Source: an uncultured Acidobacteriota bacterium
GTDB lineage: Bacteria > Acidobacteriota > Vicinamibacteria > Vicinamibacterales > UBA2999
NCBI GenBank assembly: GCA_963728305.1
Contig: CAVSKE010000028.1
Coordinates: 73,064-137,063 of the forward strand
DNA length: 64,000 nt
Reading direction: 5' to 3'
Shown piece after piece: positions 22,509 through 33,716 of this stretch (within the stretch, counting starts at the first letter, position 1; every line of letters starts with the position of its first letter). The notes below the pieces were generated by a model. It searched no databases. It was not told where the DNA came from and was given only the letters and a program-made list of their open reading frames with translations. Position numbers and translations under genes: made by a program.

Positions 22509-23600
22509 ACGGGCTTTTCGGTGGCGCCGCCACCTGAATCACTGGCAGCCCCGGCATCCTGATGCCGCGTTCGCGGAAGGTCTTCGCAATCCGCTTCCGC
22601 AGCTCACGTCCGACCGTCCACTGCTTCAGCGGCACGGTCTTGATCCGTCCCTTCAGCGACGAGCTGCGTCGGCTCGAACGCGTCGATGCCGTAGACCTCG
22701 AGCGGCTCGAGGATGTGGATGCGGAACTCCGGGTCGGCGAGCAGCGAGTCGGCGGCGTCCTTCATCGCGTCGGCCACGCGATCGGGATCTTCGTCGTAGG
22801 GCACGCCGACGGTGATCACGTAGTAGGCGAAGTCCTTCGACTTGTTCGCCAGCGTCTTGACCTCGCCGTTCGGGAAGACGTGGACCGTGCCTTCCTCGTC
22901 GCGCAGCACGATCGTTCGCAGGTTGACGGACTCGACCAGCCCGCCCTGTACCGTTGACGACGGCGACGTCGCCGACGCGCACCTGATCCTCGAGAATCAG
23001 GAAGAAGCCGGAGATGACGTCGCGCACCAGCGTCTGCGCGCCGAAGCCGACGGCGAGCCCGACGATGCCGGCGCCGGTCAGCGCCGGCGTGATGTCCACG
23101 CCCAGCTCGCCGGAGCGCGGTGAGTCCGGCGATGAGGACGACGACCGTCGTCAGCGTGTTCTGCAGCAGCGTGCCGATCGTCTGCGCCCGCTTGGTGCGC
23201 TCGATGACGTCGAGGCCGGTGCCCGACGACATCTCGCGCTCGAGCTGACGCGTCGCGGTCGAGCCGATGCGAATGATGATGTAGGCCGCGACGGCGATGA
23301 ACACGATCTGCACGCCGGCACCGAGCAGCCACTCAGTGAACGCCTCAGGGTTGCGCGTGAAGAACGGCCGGTAGCCGGCGAGGCGGCAGCGCGGGAATCG
23401 CGACGATCGCTGCGGTCACGACAAACAGCAGCGCGCGGATGACTGGCAGCGGGCTGTCCACGAGCATGCGCTCGCGCTCGTCGGGAACGAAGCGCGCGCA
23501 GCCAGCGTTCGATGCGCCTGGTGAGGAACGCGGTGACGACGTAGGCGGCGACGAGCGCGAGCGCCAGCGCGAGGCTCAGCTCGGGCCAGTTCGACGGCAT
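22507..23600 (-). CDS. mechanosensitive ion channel (MscS family); frame-disrupted
   Basis: [51 protein letters not shown] and [20 protein letters not shown], pieced from about 4 frames. ATG at 23600. Confidence 0.85.
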
Positions 23601-23614
23601 CGGCGCGGCGATTG

Positions 23615-24789
23615 CTACCGGGACGAGGGCCGGACGATCTCCACCTTCAGACTCGATGCGGCGTCCCTCACGAATCACGCCGATCGCCGCGGTGCTGCCG
23701 ATGCGCGCATCGGAGACCAGGCGCGAGAAGTGTCCGGGGTCCTCGACCGGTGTGCCGTTGAACGACACGATCGACATCGATCGGCTGCATGCCGCCCTTG
23801 AACGGCGGACGAGTTCCGACTGAGCTGGTAGACCAGCGCGCCCTTCGTGTCCGGCAGGTTCAGCTCGTTCGCGATGCGAGTCGTCAGCGGGACGATCTGG
23901 CACCGGCCCGATCGAGCCGCGGCGCACTTCCTGGTACTGCTGCAGGTCGTTGACGACTCGCTTCGCGAGATTGCTGGACACCGCAAAGCCGATGCCCTGA
24001 TAGCCGCCGCTCTGGCTGAAGATGACGGTGTTGATGCCCACCAGCTCGCCGCGGCTGTTGACCAGCGCGCCGCCGGAGTTGCCCGGATTGATCGCGGCGT
24101 CGGTCTGAATGAAGTCCTCGTAGGTCGAGACGCCGAGATTGTTGCGGCCGAGCGGCCGAGACGATGCCGAGCGTGACGGTCTGATTCAGCTGATACGGGT
24201 TGCCGATCGCGAGCACCCACTCGGCGACCTTCAGCTTCGACGAGTCGCCCCACGGCATCGTCGGGAGATCGCGCGCGTTGATCTTCAGCAGTGCGAGATC
24301 CGTCGCGGGATCGGTGCCGACCACTTGCGCCGGAACCTCGCGCTTGTCGGTGAGCGCGACGGTCACGTCGAGCTGCTCGATGCTGCACTGCGCCGAGCAC
24401 TCGCCGGTGACGACGTGATTGTTGGTGAGGATGTAGCCGTCGCCGCTGACGATGACGCCGGAGCCGAGGCTGTTCTCGACGCCGCGCCGCGATCCGAAGA
24501 CGTCGTCGGCGCCGCCGAAGAACGTGAAGAAGGGATCGCGGCACCTGACGGCGGACGATCTGCGTGGCCGAGATGTTGACGACGGCGGGAATGGTACGCT
24601 CGGCGATGCGACTGAAGTCGGTAAGGGTGCCGCCGTTGCCGACCGGTGCCGGCGTGGTGACCGTCGGGCCGCGCCGGACTCGCCGACTGCGCGTCCGCCT
24701 CGGTGGCCTCGCGAATCGTGCCGGCGACGAGCAGGCCGGCACGCAAAGCACGCGAACAGGATCAGAACGGGAGTGATTCGTCCAGACAT
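23615..24789 (-). CDS. HtrA/DegP-family serine protease with PDZ domain; frame-disrupted
   Basis: [26 protein letters not shown] and [15 protein letters not shown], with the PDZ part in other frames. Removing one inserted base near 23651 gives the end ..[16 protein letters not shown] at 23615. Confidence 0.9.
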
Positions 24790-24799
24790 GAGCGATGCT

Positions 24800-25204
24800 C
24801 TATGTAGTGATGTGGATGCGGCGGCCGCCGCCCTCGGGGGCTTTCGGGCAGGTCACGGTCAGGACGCCGTCGCGCAGATCCGCGGTGATGCGGTCGCCGT
24901 CCACGGGAATCGGCAGGTGGAACGTGCGGCTGAACGCAGCCATGGCCGCGTTCGACGCGGTGGTATTCCTCGCCGGCGCGTTCGCGGCGGACGCCGGCCA
25001 CCGTCAGCCGACCATCGTCGTGCAGCGAGATCGTGAGATCGTCGCGGATCGACGCCGGGCAACTCCGCGATGACCATGTAGGCCGTCGGCGGTTTCGAGC
25101 AGATCGACCGGTGGAGTCCAGCCAGCCGGACCAGGTGCAAACCGGTCCAGGCGCTGCTGGATGGCGAGCAGGTCCCGAATTGGATCCCAGCGCGCAAACG
25201 CCAT
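24800..25204 (-). CDS. Hsp20/alpha-crystallin small heat-shock protein; frame-disrupted
   Basis: [22 protein letters not shown]... and [21 protein letters not shown], with the end [27 protein letters not shown] recovered from other frames. It lies 10 nt upstream of the htrA start, consistent with an operon. Confidence 0.85.
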
Positions 25205-25217
25205 GGGAGAATCGTAC

Positions 25218-25301
25218 TCCAGGACTCAGGATTCAGGAATCAGGAATCAGACTCAGGAATCGGCTCGAATCAGGCCTGATCCTGCGGCCTGATTCCTGAT
25301 C
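25218..25301. repeat. inverted heptamer array (NTCAGGA x about 7 / CCTGATN x 4)
   Basis: CAGGA occurs at 25220, 25227, 25234, 25241, (25248), 25254. The palindromic centre is ATCAGG|CCTGAT at 25274/25275. CCTG occurs at 25275, 25281, 25288, 25295. The array fills the hsp20/efp divergent region. Confidence 0.8.
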
Positions 25302-25349
25302 GCGTCCGCATCGTTGTGCTACGATCTGACGGATCTACCGACTCAAATT

Positions 25350-25914
25350 ATGGCATCTTTACAAGCTACACGTCTGAAGAAGGGCATGCTCATCAACGTC
25401 GAGCAGGACCTGTTCCGGGTCCTCGAGCTCCAGCACGTGACTCCCGGCAACCTGCGCGGATTCGTCCGCGTGAAGATGCGCAACATCCGCAACGGCACGC
25501 TGGCCGATCAGAAGCTGCGCTCGGAAGACTCGGTCGAGCGCGCGACGCTGGACGAGCGTCAGATGCAGTATCTGTATCACGAGGGCGAGGACTATCACTT
25601 CATGGACACGTCCAGCTACGAGCAGATTCACATCTCGAGCGAGGCGCTCGGCGACTCGGTGAACTACCTGAAGCCGGAGATGACGATTCAGGTGGAGTTC
25701 TACGGCGAGGAGCCGGTCGGCATCGAGTTGCCGCAGACGGTGGACTTGAAGGTGACGGACACCGCGCCGGGCATCAAGGGCGCCACCGCCAGCGCACAGG
25801 TCAAGCCGGCGACGCTCGAAACCGGGCTCGTCGTGCAGGTGCCGCCGTTTGTGAACACCGGGGATCTCGATTCGCGTCAACACGGAGACGGGCGAGTACC
25901 AGTCGCGGGCGTAG
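25350..25914 (+). CDS. efp: elongation factor P; one frameshift near 25868
   Basis: LKKGMLINVEQDLFRVLELQHVTPGNLRGFVRVKMRNIRNG and KGATASAQVKPATLETGLVVQVPPFV. Removing one base restores ..GDLIRVNTETGEYQSRA-TAG at 25912-25914. Confidence 0.95.
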
Positions 25915-25948
25915 GCGTAGCCTGCGTGTCACGCGTTGCTCGTGACTT

Positions 25949-26566
25949 ATGGACGTCGTCAGACAGCCTGTCCAGGGCTGGATTGAAGTCATCGTCGGCA
26001 GCATGTTCAGCGGCAAGAGCGAGGAGCTGATCCGCCGCCTGCGACGCGCGCGCATCGCCCGACAGAAAGTCCAGATCTTCAAGCCGTCGATCGACACGCG
26101 CTACTCCGACGACCACATCGTGTCGCACGGCGAGATGCGGATCGAGTCGCGCGCGGTCGAAGGGTCGCGTCAGCTGCTCGAGGCAGTCGAACCGGACACC
26201 GAAGTCGTCGGCATCGACGAAGGGCAGTTCTTCGATCAGGATCTGCCCGCCGTGTGCAGCGCGCTCGCCGATCGCGGCATGCGCGTGATCGTGGCCGGGC
26301 TCGATCAGGATTACCTCGGCAAGCCGTTCGAGCCGATGCCGCAGCTGCTGGCCATCGCCGAATACATCACCAAGACGCACGCCATCTGCATGGTCTGCGG
26401 CAATCCGGCCAATCACACGCAGCGGCTCGTCGCCAGTGAGGATCGCGTGCTGCTCGGCGCGCACGGGATGTACGAAGCGCGCTGCCGGCGTTGCTTCGAT
26501 CCGCTGCTGACCAGCGAGCGGCCCGCGGCTGCGGCGCAAGGCGGGTCTGACGAAACGCGGGTCTAA
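25949..26566 (+). CDS. tdk: thymidine kinase
   Basis: Intact 205-aa ORF with [24 protein letters not shown] and the zinc ribbon [13 protein letters not shown]...CRRC. Confidence 0.95.
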   Translation: MDVVRQPVQGWIEVIVGSMFSGKSEELIRRLRRARIARQKVQIFKPSIDTRYSDDHIVSHGEMRIESRAVEGSRQLLEAVEPDTEVVGIDEGQFFDQDLPAVCSALADRGMRVIVAGLDQDYLGKPFEPMPQLLAIAEYITKTHAICMVCGNPANHTQRLVASEDRVLLGAHGMYEARCRRCFDPLLTSERPAAAAQGGSDETRV

Positions 26567-26574
26567 AGACCCGC
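26557..26574 (+). terminator. GC-rich hairpin GCGGGTC-TAAA-GACCCGC overlapping the tdk stop
   Basis: Perfect 7-bp stem from the same family as 5525 and 20080. Confidence 0.55.
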
Positions 26575-26598
26575 ACGCTGACCGAAGCAATCGGCCCG

Positions 26599-27181
26599 AT
26601 GAGCTCGGACGCCTTGATTCCCTCGTTCGCCTGGCTGGCGCCGCGGCTGCTGCTGCTCTTCGGCGTGGGCTTCCTCGTCGCCAATCTCAAGGTTGGCTAC
26701 GAGCTCGCTGCGCTACCACCGCGCCAAGCGCTCGGCGCTGCTGGTCTGGCCGAAACCGAAGCCGCGCTACTACGGCATGAGCCTGTTGATCGGCGTCATC
26801 CTCGGGCTCCTGCTGACCGCTGAGATCCTGCTCAAGCGCCCTGTTTACTCGCTGTTCGGCGAGGCGATGATGTTCATGTACTACATCTGCCTCTTCCCGC
26901 TGGCGACGCGCATCGCCCGCGGGTTCTATCAGGACGGGGTCTGGTCCGACACCGGGTTCATGCCGTGGTCCCAGATCTCCGCCGTCTCCTGGCGGGACGA
27001 AGGCGCGGTCACGCTGATGCTCATTTCGCATGGGAAGAGCATCGCCCGGCGGCTGGAAGTGCCGGGGCCGCAGTATGGCGAGGCCCGCCGGGTGCTTCTC
27101 GACCGCGTGAAAGCCCACGATATCCACATCGGCGGGGCCGGTCTCAACCTGGGCACGCGCGAGGAGGGGGATTCCATTTGA
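26599..27181 (+). CDS. hypothetical membrane protein (3 predicted TM helices plus soluble C-terminal domain); one frameshift near 26695
   Basis: ORF pieces 26599.. and 26693..27181 join as ..LVANLKVGYEL/LRYHRAKRSALLVWPKP... Hydrophobic helices are followed by GVWSDTGFMPWSQISAVSWRDEGAVTL. Confidence 0.5.
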
Positions 27182-27223
27182 CCGTGAACGCGGCAGGGCA
27201 TTCCACCGATAATGTTCTGACAT

Positions 27224-28127
27224 ATGGCCGTGAGACCTACCTGGAAGGGCTACCTGAAGGTCAGCCTCGTCACCATTCCGGTCCACGTGTATCCCGCGAC
27301 GGAATCCGCCGCCACGATCTCGTTCAACCAGCTGCACGCCGAGTGTCAGACGCGCATTCAGCAGAAGCGCTGGTGCCCGCACTGCGAGCGCGAGGTGTCG
27401 AACACGCGAGCTCGCCAAGGGCTACGAGTTCGAGAAGGGCCGCTACGTGGTCGTCTCGGAGGAGGACATCCAGAAGGTCCGCGTCGAGTCCACGCGCGTG
27501 ATCGACCTCCAGCAGTTCACCGACGAGACGTCGATCGATCCGATCTACGTGGACCGCGCCTACTATCTCGCGCCCGACGGTCCGATGGCCGGATCGGCGT
27601 TCTCGGTGATGCGCGAAGGCATGGCGGGGAAGGCCGGCATCGGCAAGGTCGCGCTCTACGGCCGCGAGTATCTGGTCGCCATCCGTCCGCAGAAGAAGGG
27701 CCTGGTGATGTACACGCTGCATCACGACGCCGAGATTCGCAGCATCGATCAGATCGAGGAGCTCAGCTCGCTGCCGGCGAAGGTCAAGCCGGAGGAGATG
27801 AAGCTCGCCAAGCAGGTGATCTCGACCTTCGACGGCGAGTTGAATCTGAAGGACTACAAGGACGAGTACAAGGACGGGCTCCGCAAGATCATCGACGCCA
27901 AGATCGCCGGCGAGGAGATCGTCGCACCCGAAGTGCAGGAGCCGCCGAAGGTCGTCGATCTGATGGAGGCGCTGCGGCGCAGCCTCGATTCCGTCAGCGG
28001 CGACAAGAAGAAGCCGGCCAAGGCGACCGCAAAGCCCGCAGTCAAAGCCAAGGCCGCAGCGAACGGCGCGAAGAAGACGAAAAGCCGGCGTAGTCAGAAT
28101 GCCGGTGGCGGCAGCGCCGGATCGTAG
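27224..28127 (+). CDS. ku: Ku (non-homologous end-joining DNA-binding protein); one frameshift near 27405
   Basis: MAVRPTWKGYLKVSLVTIPVHVYPAT, KGYEFEKGRYVVVSEEDI, DPIYVDRAYYLAPDG and a Lys-rich tail KKKPAKATAKPAVKAKAAA. Confidence 0.9.
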
Positions 28128-28688
28128 ACGAACGCCTGCATGCCCAGCGCACGTCCCGCGGCGACGTAGTCGCGGCGATCGTCGATGTAGACGATCTGGT
28201 CTGCGGCTGCGCCCTGACGCGCGAATGCACGCTTCGAAGAACGGCACCGCGGGCTTGCGTGCACCGACTCTGAACGACAGCACCAGTTCGTCGAACAGCC
28301 GCAGGACCGGCTCGAACTGCCGGCTGAACCACTCGATAGTGCAGTTCGTTGGTGTTGCTCGCCAGCACGAGTCGCGTGCCGCGACGCTTCTCCTCGGACG
28401 ATCAGCTCTTCGATCGACGGGATTCGGCGTGAAGATGTCGCACCACGCCTCGGCGATCGCCTCGTCGGACGCGTCCAGCTGAAGATCCCGTCTGAGGCGG
28501 TCGACGAACGCCGCCGTGCTCAGGCGCCCGCAGTCGTAGTCCTCTTCAAGCGTCGTGTTGAAGATGTGCTCGTAGACGTTCTGCGCGTCGCGCGGTGGGC
28601 GCGACAGCGACGCGAGCCGGCGGCAGGCAATCATGTGATCGAAGAACGCGATCACGTTGCCGAAGTCGAAGACGATGCAGCGGGTCAT
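28094..28688 (-). CDS. HAD-superfamily hydrolase; frame-disrupted
   Basis: Motif I is IVFDFGNVIAFF, followed by LASNTNELH. The end IVYIDDRRDYVAAGRALGMQAFVYDPALPPPAF-TGA (28094) comes from other frames. The 3' end overlaps ku by 34 nt. Confidence 0.75.
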
Positions 28689-28695
28689 GAGCCGC

Positions 28696-28717
28696 AGGCG
28701 GATCTGAAGATCCGCCT
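28696..28717 (-). terminator. hairpin AGGCGGATC-TGAA-GATCCGCCT
   Basis: Perfect 9-bp stem directly after the stop (28718-28720) of the upstream minus-strand gene. Confidence 0.55.
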
Positions 28718-29490
28718 CTACAAACCGAGGCGTTTACGTTCCGAGAGAATCAGGTTGTACTCCGCGGTCCGCTTCCAGACGCGGTTCGACATCTCGGTGA
28801 GCTGCACGGCCTTCATGCCGTAGTACAGGAAGATTGCGCCGAGCACGCTGATCAGCGCGTAGCGCAGATAGGTCACGCCGCCTTCCCCAAGCGTCGGCGT
28901 CAGGAATCCGAAGACCGCGAAGAGCACGAACGCCGCGGCCGCCAGGACGGTTCCGGTGACGGTTCTGACGCCCCACGACGCGACGCGCGATTGCTTCTCC
29001 ATCAGCGACGCGATCGTCTGCAGGCGATCGATCTGGGCCTTCACGGTCGCAGTGTCGCGGCCGAGCAGGACGTCGCGCAGCGACACCTGGGCCCGGCACG
29101 CGTGCGCCACGCGGCGTTCGCCGCGCCACCACGACGGCCCCTTCACGCGCACCGATGTGATCGCGAAAGCGTTCGCGCGAGCATCGTCCAGCAGACGCTG
29201 GTGCGAGGCCGGCTGAGTTCTCGCCCCACGTCGAGACGGTATCGACCTCGATTCGCTTGCTGGCGGGAATGAACACCAGCTCGTGCAGATCGCCGGACGA
29301 GGCATCCTGCAGGTACGCCGCCGCGTGTGGAGCGACGCGTCTCGTGCAGCATGGCCTCATGGTCGAGGCAGGGCAGGATCGGGACCGCGGGCGCGGGATC
29401 GAGCGTCAAACGGTACAGCTTGATCGCCAGCACCGGACCGAACGGCTGCAGGGCTTCAATCGACTGCCGCGCGCCATCAGAGTCGCTCAT
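28718..29490 (-). CDS. hypothetical protein with C-terminal 2-TM hairpin; frame-disrupted
   Basis: Pieced from 29143..29490, 28734..29360 and 28718..29305. The soluble N-terminal part is about 150 aa. The TM region is VLAAAAFVLFAVFGFL and YALISVLGAIFLYYG. No family recognised. Confidence 0.5.
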
Positions 29491-29589
29491 CGGCGCTCTA
29501 TCGCAAATACTCCCACACGCCCATGCCTGAGGCCGTCGGGTCGCGCAGCCAGTCCGGCGGCGTGAGCCAGATGAACGCGAGGATGGCGA

Positions 29590-30269
29590 TCACCCAGAGA
29601 TCGTAGGGCAGCGATCGCGCGCTCGTCGCGCCAGAAGAATCCGCGCCAGAAGATTCGCGTCAGAACGTTCGAGCCGGTCGGGATCGGCTTGTCGTTGAGC
29701 GACCAGATAGGTGTAGTGAATACGATTGGCGACGGTGACGATCGCCAGGATCAGGATGACCCACAGCACCGCGGCCATGCGATCGGTGAGCGCGCCGATC
29801 CAGAAGAGCACGATGCGCTCGGGGCGCTCCATGAAGCCGACCTTGCACTTCTCGATCAGCGATTCGGCGCGGGCGCGCGCGTAGCTGGTCATGATCGAGA
29901 AGGTCAGCGCCAGCGCCGCGACCATCACGTAGTCGGTGCGGCGGAGGTCGGCGTAGAGATAGATGAGGCCGAGGAAGAGCGCGATGTCGGCGAAGCGATC
30001 GAGCGTCGAGTCCCAGAACGCGCCAAAGCGGGACATCGTGTTGGTGATGTACGCCACCTTGCCGTCGATGAAGTCGAAGATGCTGCCGAGCATCATGATG
30101 AGGAACGCCAGCCGGAAGTGATCGAGGCCGAGCGCAAAGGCCGCGACGACGATGATCAGGACGCCGATGAGCGTCAGGTGTTCGGATGGATGCCAAGCGC
30201 GACGCTCGCGCTGATGATCGCGCGCAGCGGGTACATGCACACGGCTCCGATGAAGCCGGTGAACGTCAT
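29590..30269 (-). CDS. CDP-alcohol phosphatidyltransferase (PgsA/PIP-synthase-like); frameshift near 30178
   Basis: DFIDGKVAYITNTMSRFGAFWDSTLDRFAD is the D-G-x2-A-x8-G-x3-D-x3-D motif. The N-terminus MTFTGFIGAVCMYPLRAIISASVALGIHPNT joins after restoring one C. Confidence 0.8.
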
Positions 30270-30321
30270 CGCTGGCTAGAATGCAGAGACTTCATCGATA
30301 AGGAACCAGTCATAGTAGATC

Positions 30322-32175
30322 ATGGCCGTTCACGACCTCAAGGATCAGATCGCCCGGCTGCCCGAGCAGCCCGGCGTGTATCTGTGGGGTGACGCGCGCG
30401 GCGAGACGATCTACGTCGGCAAGGCGCGCTCGCTCCGCGACCGCGTGCGCAGCTATCTCGGCGCCTACGGCATGAGCCCGCGCCATGACGCCCTGCTCGA
30501 CGACATCGCCCGGCCTCGAGGTCATTGTCACCGACTCGGTGATGGAGGCGCTGGCGCTCGAGAACAATCTGATCAAGCAGCGGATGCCGCGCTACAACAT
30601 CCTGCTGCGCGACGACAAGAACTATCCCTACCTGCAGCTGACGACGAGCGAGGCGTTTCCGCGCGTGCTGGTCGCCCGGTCGGTGGAGAGCAACGACGAC
30701 TTCTACGCCGGTCCGTTTCTGCCGGCCAAGCTCGCGCGGCGGACGATGACGCTGTCGCATCGGCTGTTCGGCATCAGATCCTGCAACGAGGTGATCACCG
30801 GACTGCGCGCGCGGCCGTGCCTCGAGTACGACATCAAGCGCTGCATCGCACCGTGCGTCGCCGAGATCTGCACGCGAGGAGCGATACGGGGAGGCGGTCG
30901 TCAGCACGCGGCTGCTGCTCGAAGGCCGGAACGACGAGCTCGCCGAGACGCTGCGCGAGCGGATGGAGGATGCGGCGCGGCACGAGCGCTTCGAGGAGGC
31001 CGCGCAGCTGCGCGATGCGATGCGCACGGTGCAGACGCTGCGCGATCGGCAGCAGAAGGTGGCGACGGCCGGGCTGGGCGATCGCGACGTGTTCGGCATC
31101 AAGGTCGGCCCGAGCGGGAGCGCCATTCAGGTCTTCCAGATTCGCGGCGGCCGCGTCGTCGAGCGGGTCGAGCTGAGCACCGATCCCGATGCGCTCGCCG
31201 GCGGGGATCGGGACGTGCTGCAGGCGGCGCTGGGCCAGTTCTATGAAGTGCGCCCGCCGGCGCCGGAGATCAACCTGCCGGTGGAGATCGAGGACGTCGA
31301 CGCGATGGAGGAGTGGCTGTCGAGCCGCGCCGGCCGCCGCGTCCGGGTCCTGGTACCTCAGCGCGGCGACAAGCGCGCGCTGGTGGAGCTGGCGACGCGC
31401 AACGCCGAGCTCTCGTATCGCACGCGCTTCAACGAGATCACGGCGGCGCACTTCGACGCGCTGGAGACGCTGCGCGGCGAGCTCGTCACTGCCGGCGATT
31501 CCGCGTCGCATCGAGTGCTTCGACATCTCGACGATCCAGGGCAGCGAGACCGTGGCGTCGATGGTCGTCTGCGAAGACGGCCGGATGAAGCGGAGCGAGT
31601 ATCGGAAGTTTCGGCATTCCGGGGATCAGCTCGGATCAGAGCCGATCCGGAGCTGCATCGCCCGATCCGAGCTCACGACGACTTCGCCGCGATGCGCGAG
31701 GTCGTGCAGCGCCGCTATCGCGCGGTGCTCGAGGCCGGCGGCCCGTTCCCGGATCTGATCGTGATCGACGGCGGCAAGGGACAGCTGTCGGCCGCGTACG
31801 AAGCGCTCGAGTCGATCGGTCTGGCCAATCTGGTCGCCGTCGGCATTGCCAAGAAGGAGGAGCTGCTCTTCACGCGCGACCGGCAGGATCCGCTCGCGCT
31901 GGCGGAGAGCGATCCGGCGCTGCTGTTGATTCAGCGGATTCGCGACGAAGCGCACCGCTTCGCGGTGACCTTCCACCGCAAGGCGCGTTCGATGCGCGAT
32001 CTGCGATCGGAGCTGGACTCGATCCCCGGCATCGGCGCGAACCGCCGCCGCGCGCTGCTGACAGCGGTTCGGCAGCCTGGCCGGCGTGCGCCGCGCGACG
32101 CGCGAGGAGCTGGCGTCAGTGGTCGGCGCCAAGGCCGCGGCCGCGGTCATCGACTACTTCGCGCGCAGCGCGTGA
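30322..32175 (+). CDS. uvrC: excinuclease ABC subunit C; frame-disrupted (about 5 indels)
   Basis: The GIY-YIG domain is [29 protein letters not shown]. The UVR domain is [16 protein letters not shown]. Also [11 protein letters not shown] and [12 protein letters not shown]. The HhH end is [22 protein letters not shown]. Confidence 0.95.
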
Positions 32176-32945
32176 AGCCACCTGTCGTCTGTGCACGTCC
32201 TGGACTCGACAGAGAACGAGAGGATCACCGTCAGCACGAAGCGCTCACGCTCACCCTTCAGTACCAGAGGTGAGTACCTCCACTGTCTGACGGCGATCAA
32301 CGCCTCGCGATCGAGCACCGACCCGGCGCTGCGCAGCACCGTCACCTCACTCACGGTCCCGTCACGATCGACGAGTGCTTCGAGAATCACCAGGCCCTGC
32401 AGGCGTGCTTTGATGGCGGCCGGTGGATAGATGGGCTCGACGCGTTGCAGGAGTGTCGGCGCCTGAATCTGACCGCCGATGCGAACTGGCGGGCGAGACG
32501 CGGGAGCAGGCGGGGGAGGTGGTTCAGGCAGACCGCCGACGACGCCACCGATGATGCCGCCGACGATACCGCCCGGGACGCCCCCTTCGATTCCGCCCGG
32601 CACTCCGTCCTCCACTGCTGCCGTTCCAGCCGGCTCTGGCTCAATCGTCTTTGGGCACCTCCACCGGAGCAATGGGCTGGCTGGTTGACGGGTGCAGGCT
32701 GTACCGGTGTCGGCGGCTCGACCGGCGCGGAACGCTGTGCAGGCGGAGGCGGGGGCGCGGGCGGGGGAAGCGGTCGCCACGAACACCAGCATGGTCGGGA
32801 TCTCCGGAATCTGTTCGGCGATGAACAGCCCGGGCATGACCAGTGCTGCCGCCGCGGCAACGGCCTGAGCCGTGGTCGACAGCAGGATCGGCAGAGTGGA
32901 GTGACTCGGCAGATGGCGCGCCTTGCCCGTGATGAGGTCAAACAT
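32154..32945 (-). CDS. energy transducer TonB-family protein; frame-disrupted in the Pro-rich linker
   Basis: N-terminal TM segment, then PPPAPPPPP and a Gly-rich linker. The TonB_C domain is QRVEPIYPPAAIKARLQGLVILEALVDRDGTVSEVTVLRSAGSVLDREALIAVRQWRYSP. Confidence 0.8.
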   Translation of the reverse strand: MFDLITGKARHLPSHSTLPILLSTTAQAVAAAAALVMPGLFIAEQIPEIPTMLVFVATASPARAPASACTAFRAGRAADTGTACTRQPASPLLRWRCPKTIEPEPAGTAAVEDGVPGGIEGGVPGGIVGGIIGGVVGGLPEPPPPPAPASRPPVRIGGQIQAPTLLQRVEPIYPPAAIKARLQGLVILEALVDRDGTVSEVTVLRSAGSVLDREALIAVRQWRYSPLVLKGERERFVLTVILSFSVESRTCTDDRWLHALRAK

Positions 32946-33049
32946 GCCGCTCTCCGCACAGTTCGAAATCGAGAGCCTGTACATGTGGAACGCCTGCGCG
33001 CTCGAAATCGAACAGGAGCCTCACACGAGCCTGTTGGTTTACCCGGACC

Positions 33050-33716
33050 TTGAGTCAGTGGTACGCTGACAGTTCCTTGCAGGGCATCGACTTCGTCGGG
33101 ATCCTCATCCAGTTCACTCTCCTCGTCGTTTCCCTCTCGGTTCACGAGGCGGCGCACGCGTGGTCGGCGGACAAGCTCGGCGATCCGACGGCGCGATCTG
33201 CTCGGACGGGTGTCGCTGAATCCCGCCGTGCACGTCGATCCGATCGGCACGATCGTGTTTCCGCTGCTGGCGATGCTCTCCAACCTTCCGCTCATCGGCT
33301 GGGCGAAGCCGGTCCCGGTGGGCATTCAGCACTTGCGCGGGCAACTGGCGTCAGAAGTTCATGTTCATCGCCGCCGCCGGGCCGGCGAGCAACCTGCTGA
33401 TGGCGGTCGGCGCCGCCGCGGTGCTGTGGGTCATCTCCGGAGGTCCGCCGCTCGAGACCACGCAGGGGCTCGGCCGGGCGGATCCTGATGGCGTTCATTC
33501 AGCTGAATCTCCTGCTGGCCGTCTTCAACATGATTCCCGTGCCACCGCTGGACGGCGGCAACGTCCTGGCGGGCCTGGTGAGCGGCCCGATCGCCGACGC
33601 CCTGGACCGCGTGCGACCGTACGGCATCTTCATTCTCTACGCGCTCATGTTCCTGGGCGTGTTCTCCTCAGTGGTCTACCCACTGGCGTTCGGCTCTGAT
33701 GGAACTGCTGCTCTGA
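33050..33716 (+). CDS. site-2 protease family (M50) membrane metalloprotease; frame-disrupted
   Basis: HEAAHAWSA (HExxH), [21 protein letters not shown] and [21 protein letters not shown]. The corrected end ..ALMELLL-TGA would overlap the trpS ATG. Confidence 0.8.
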
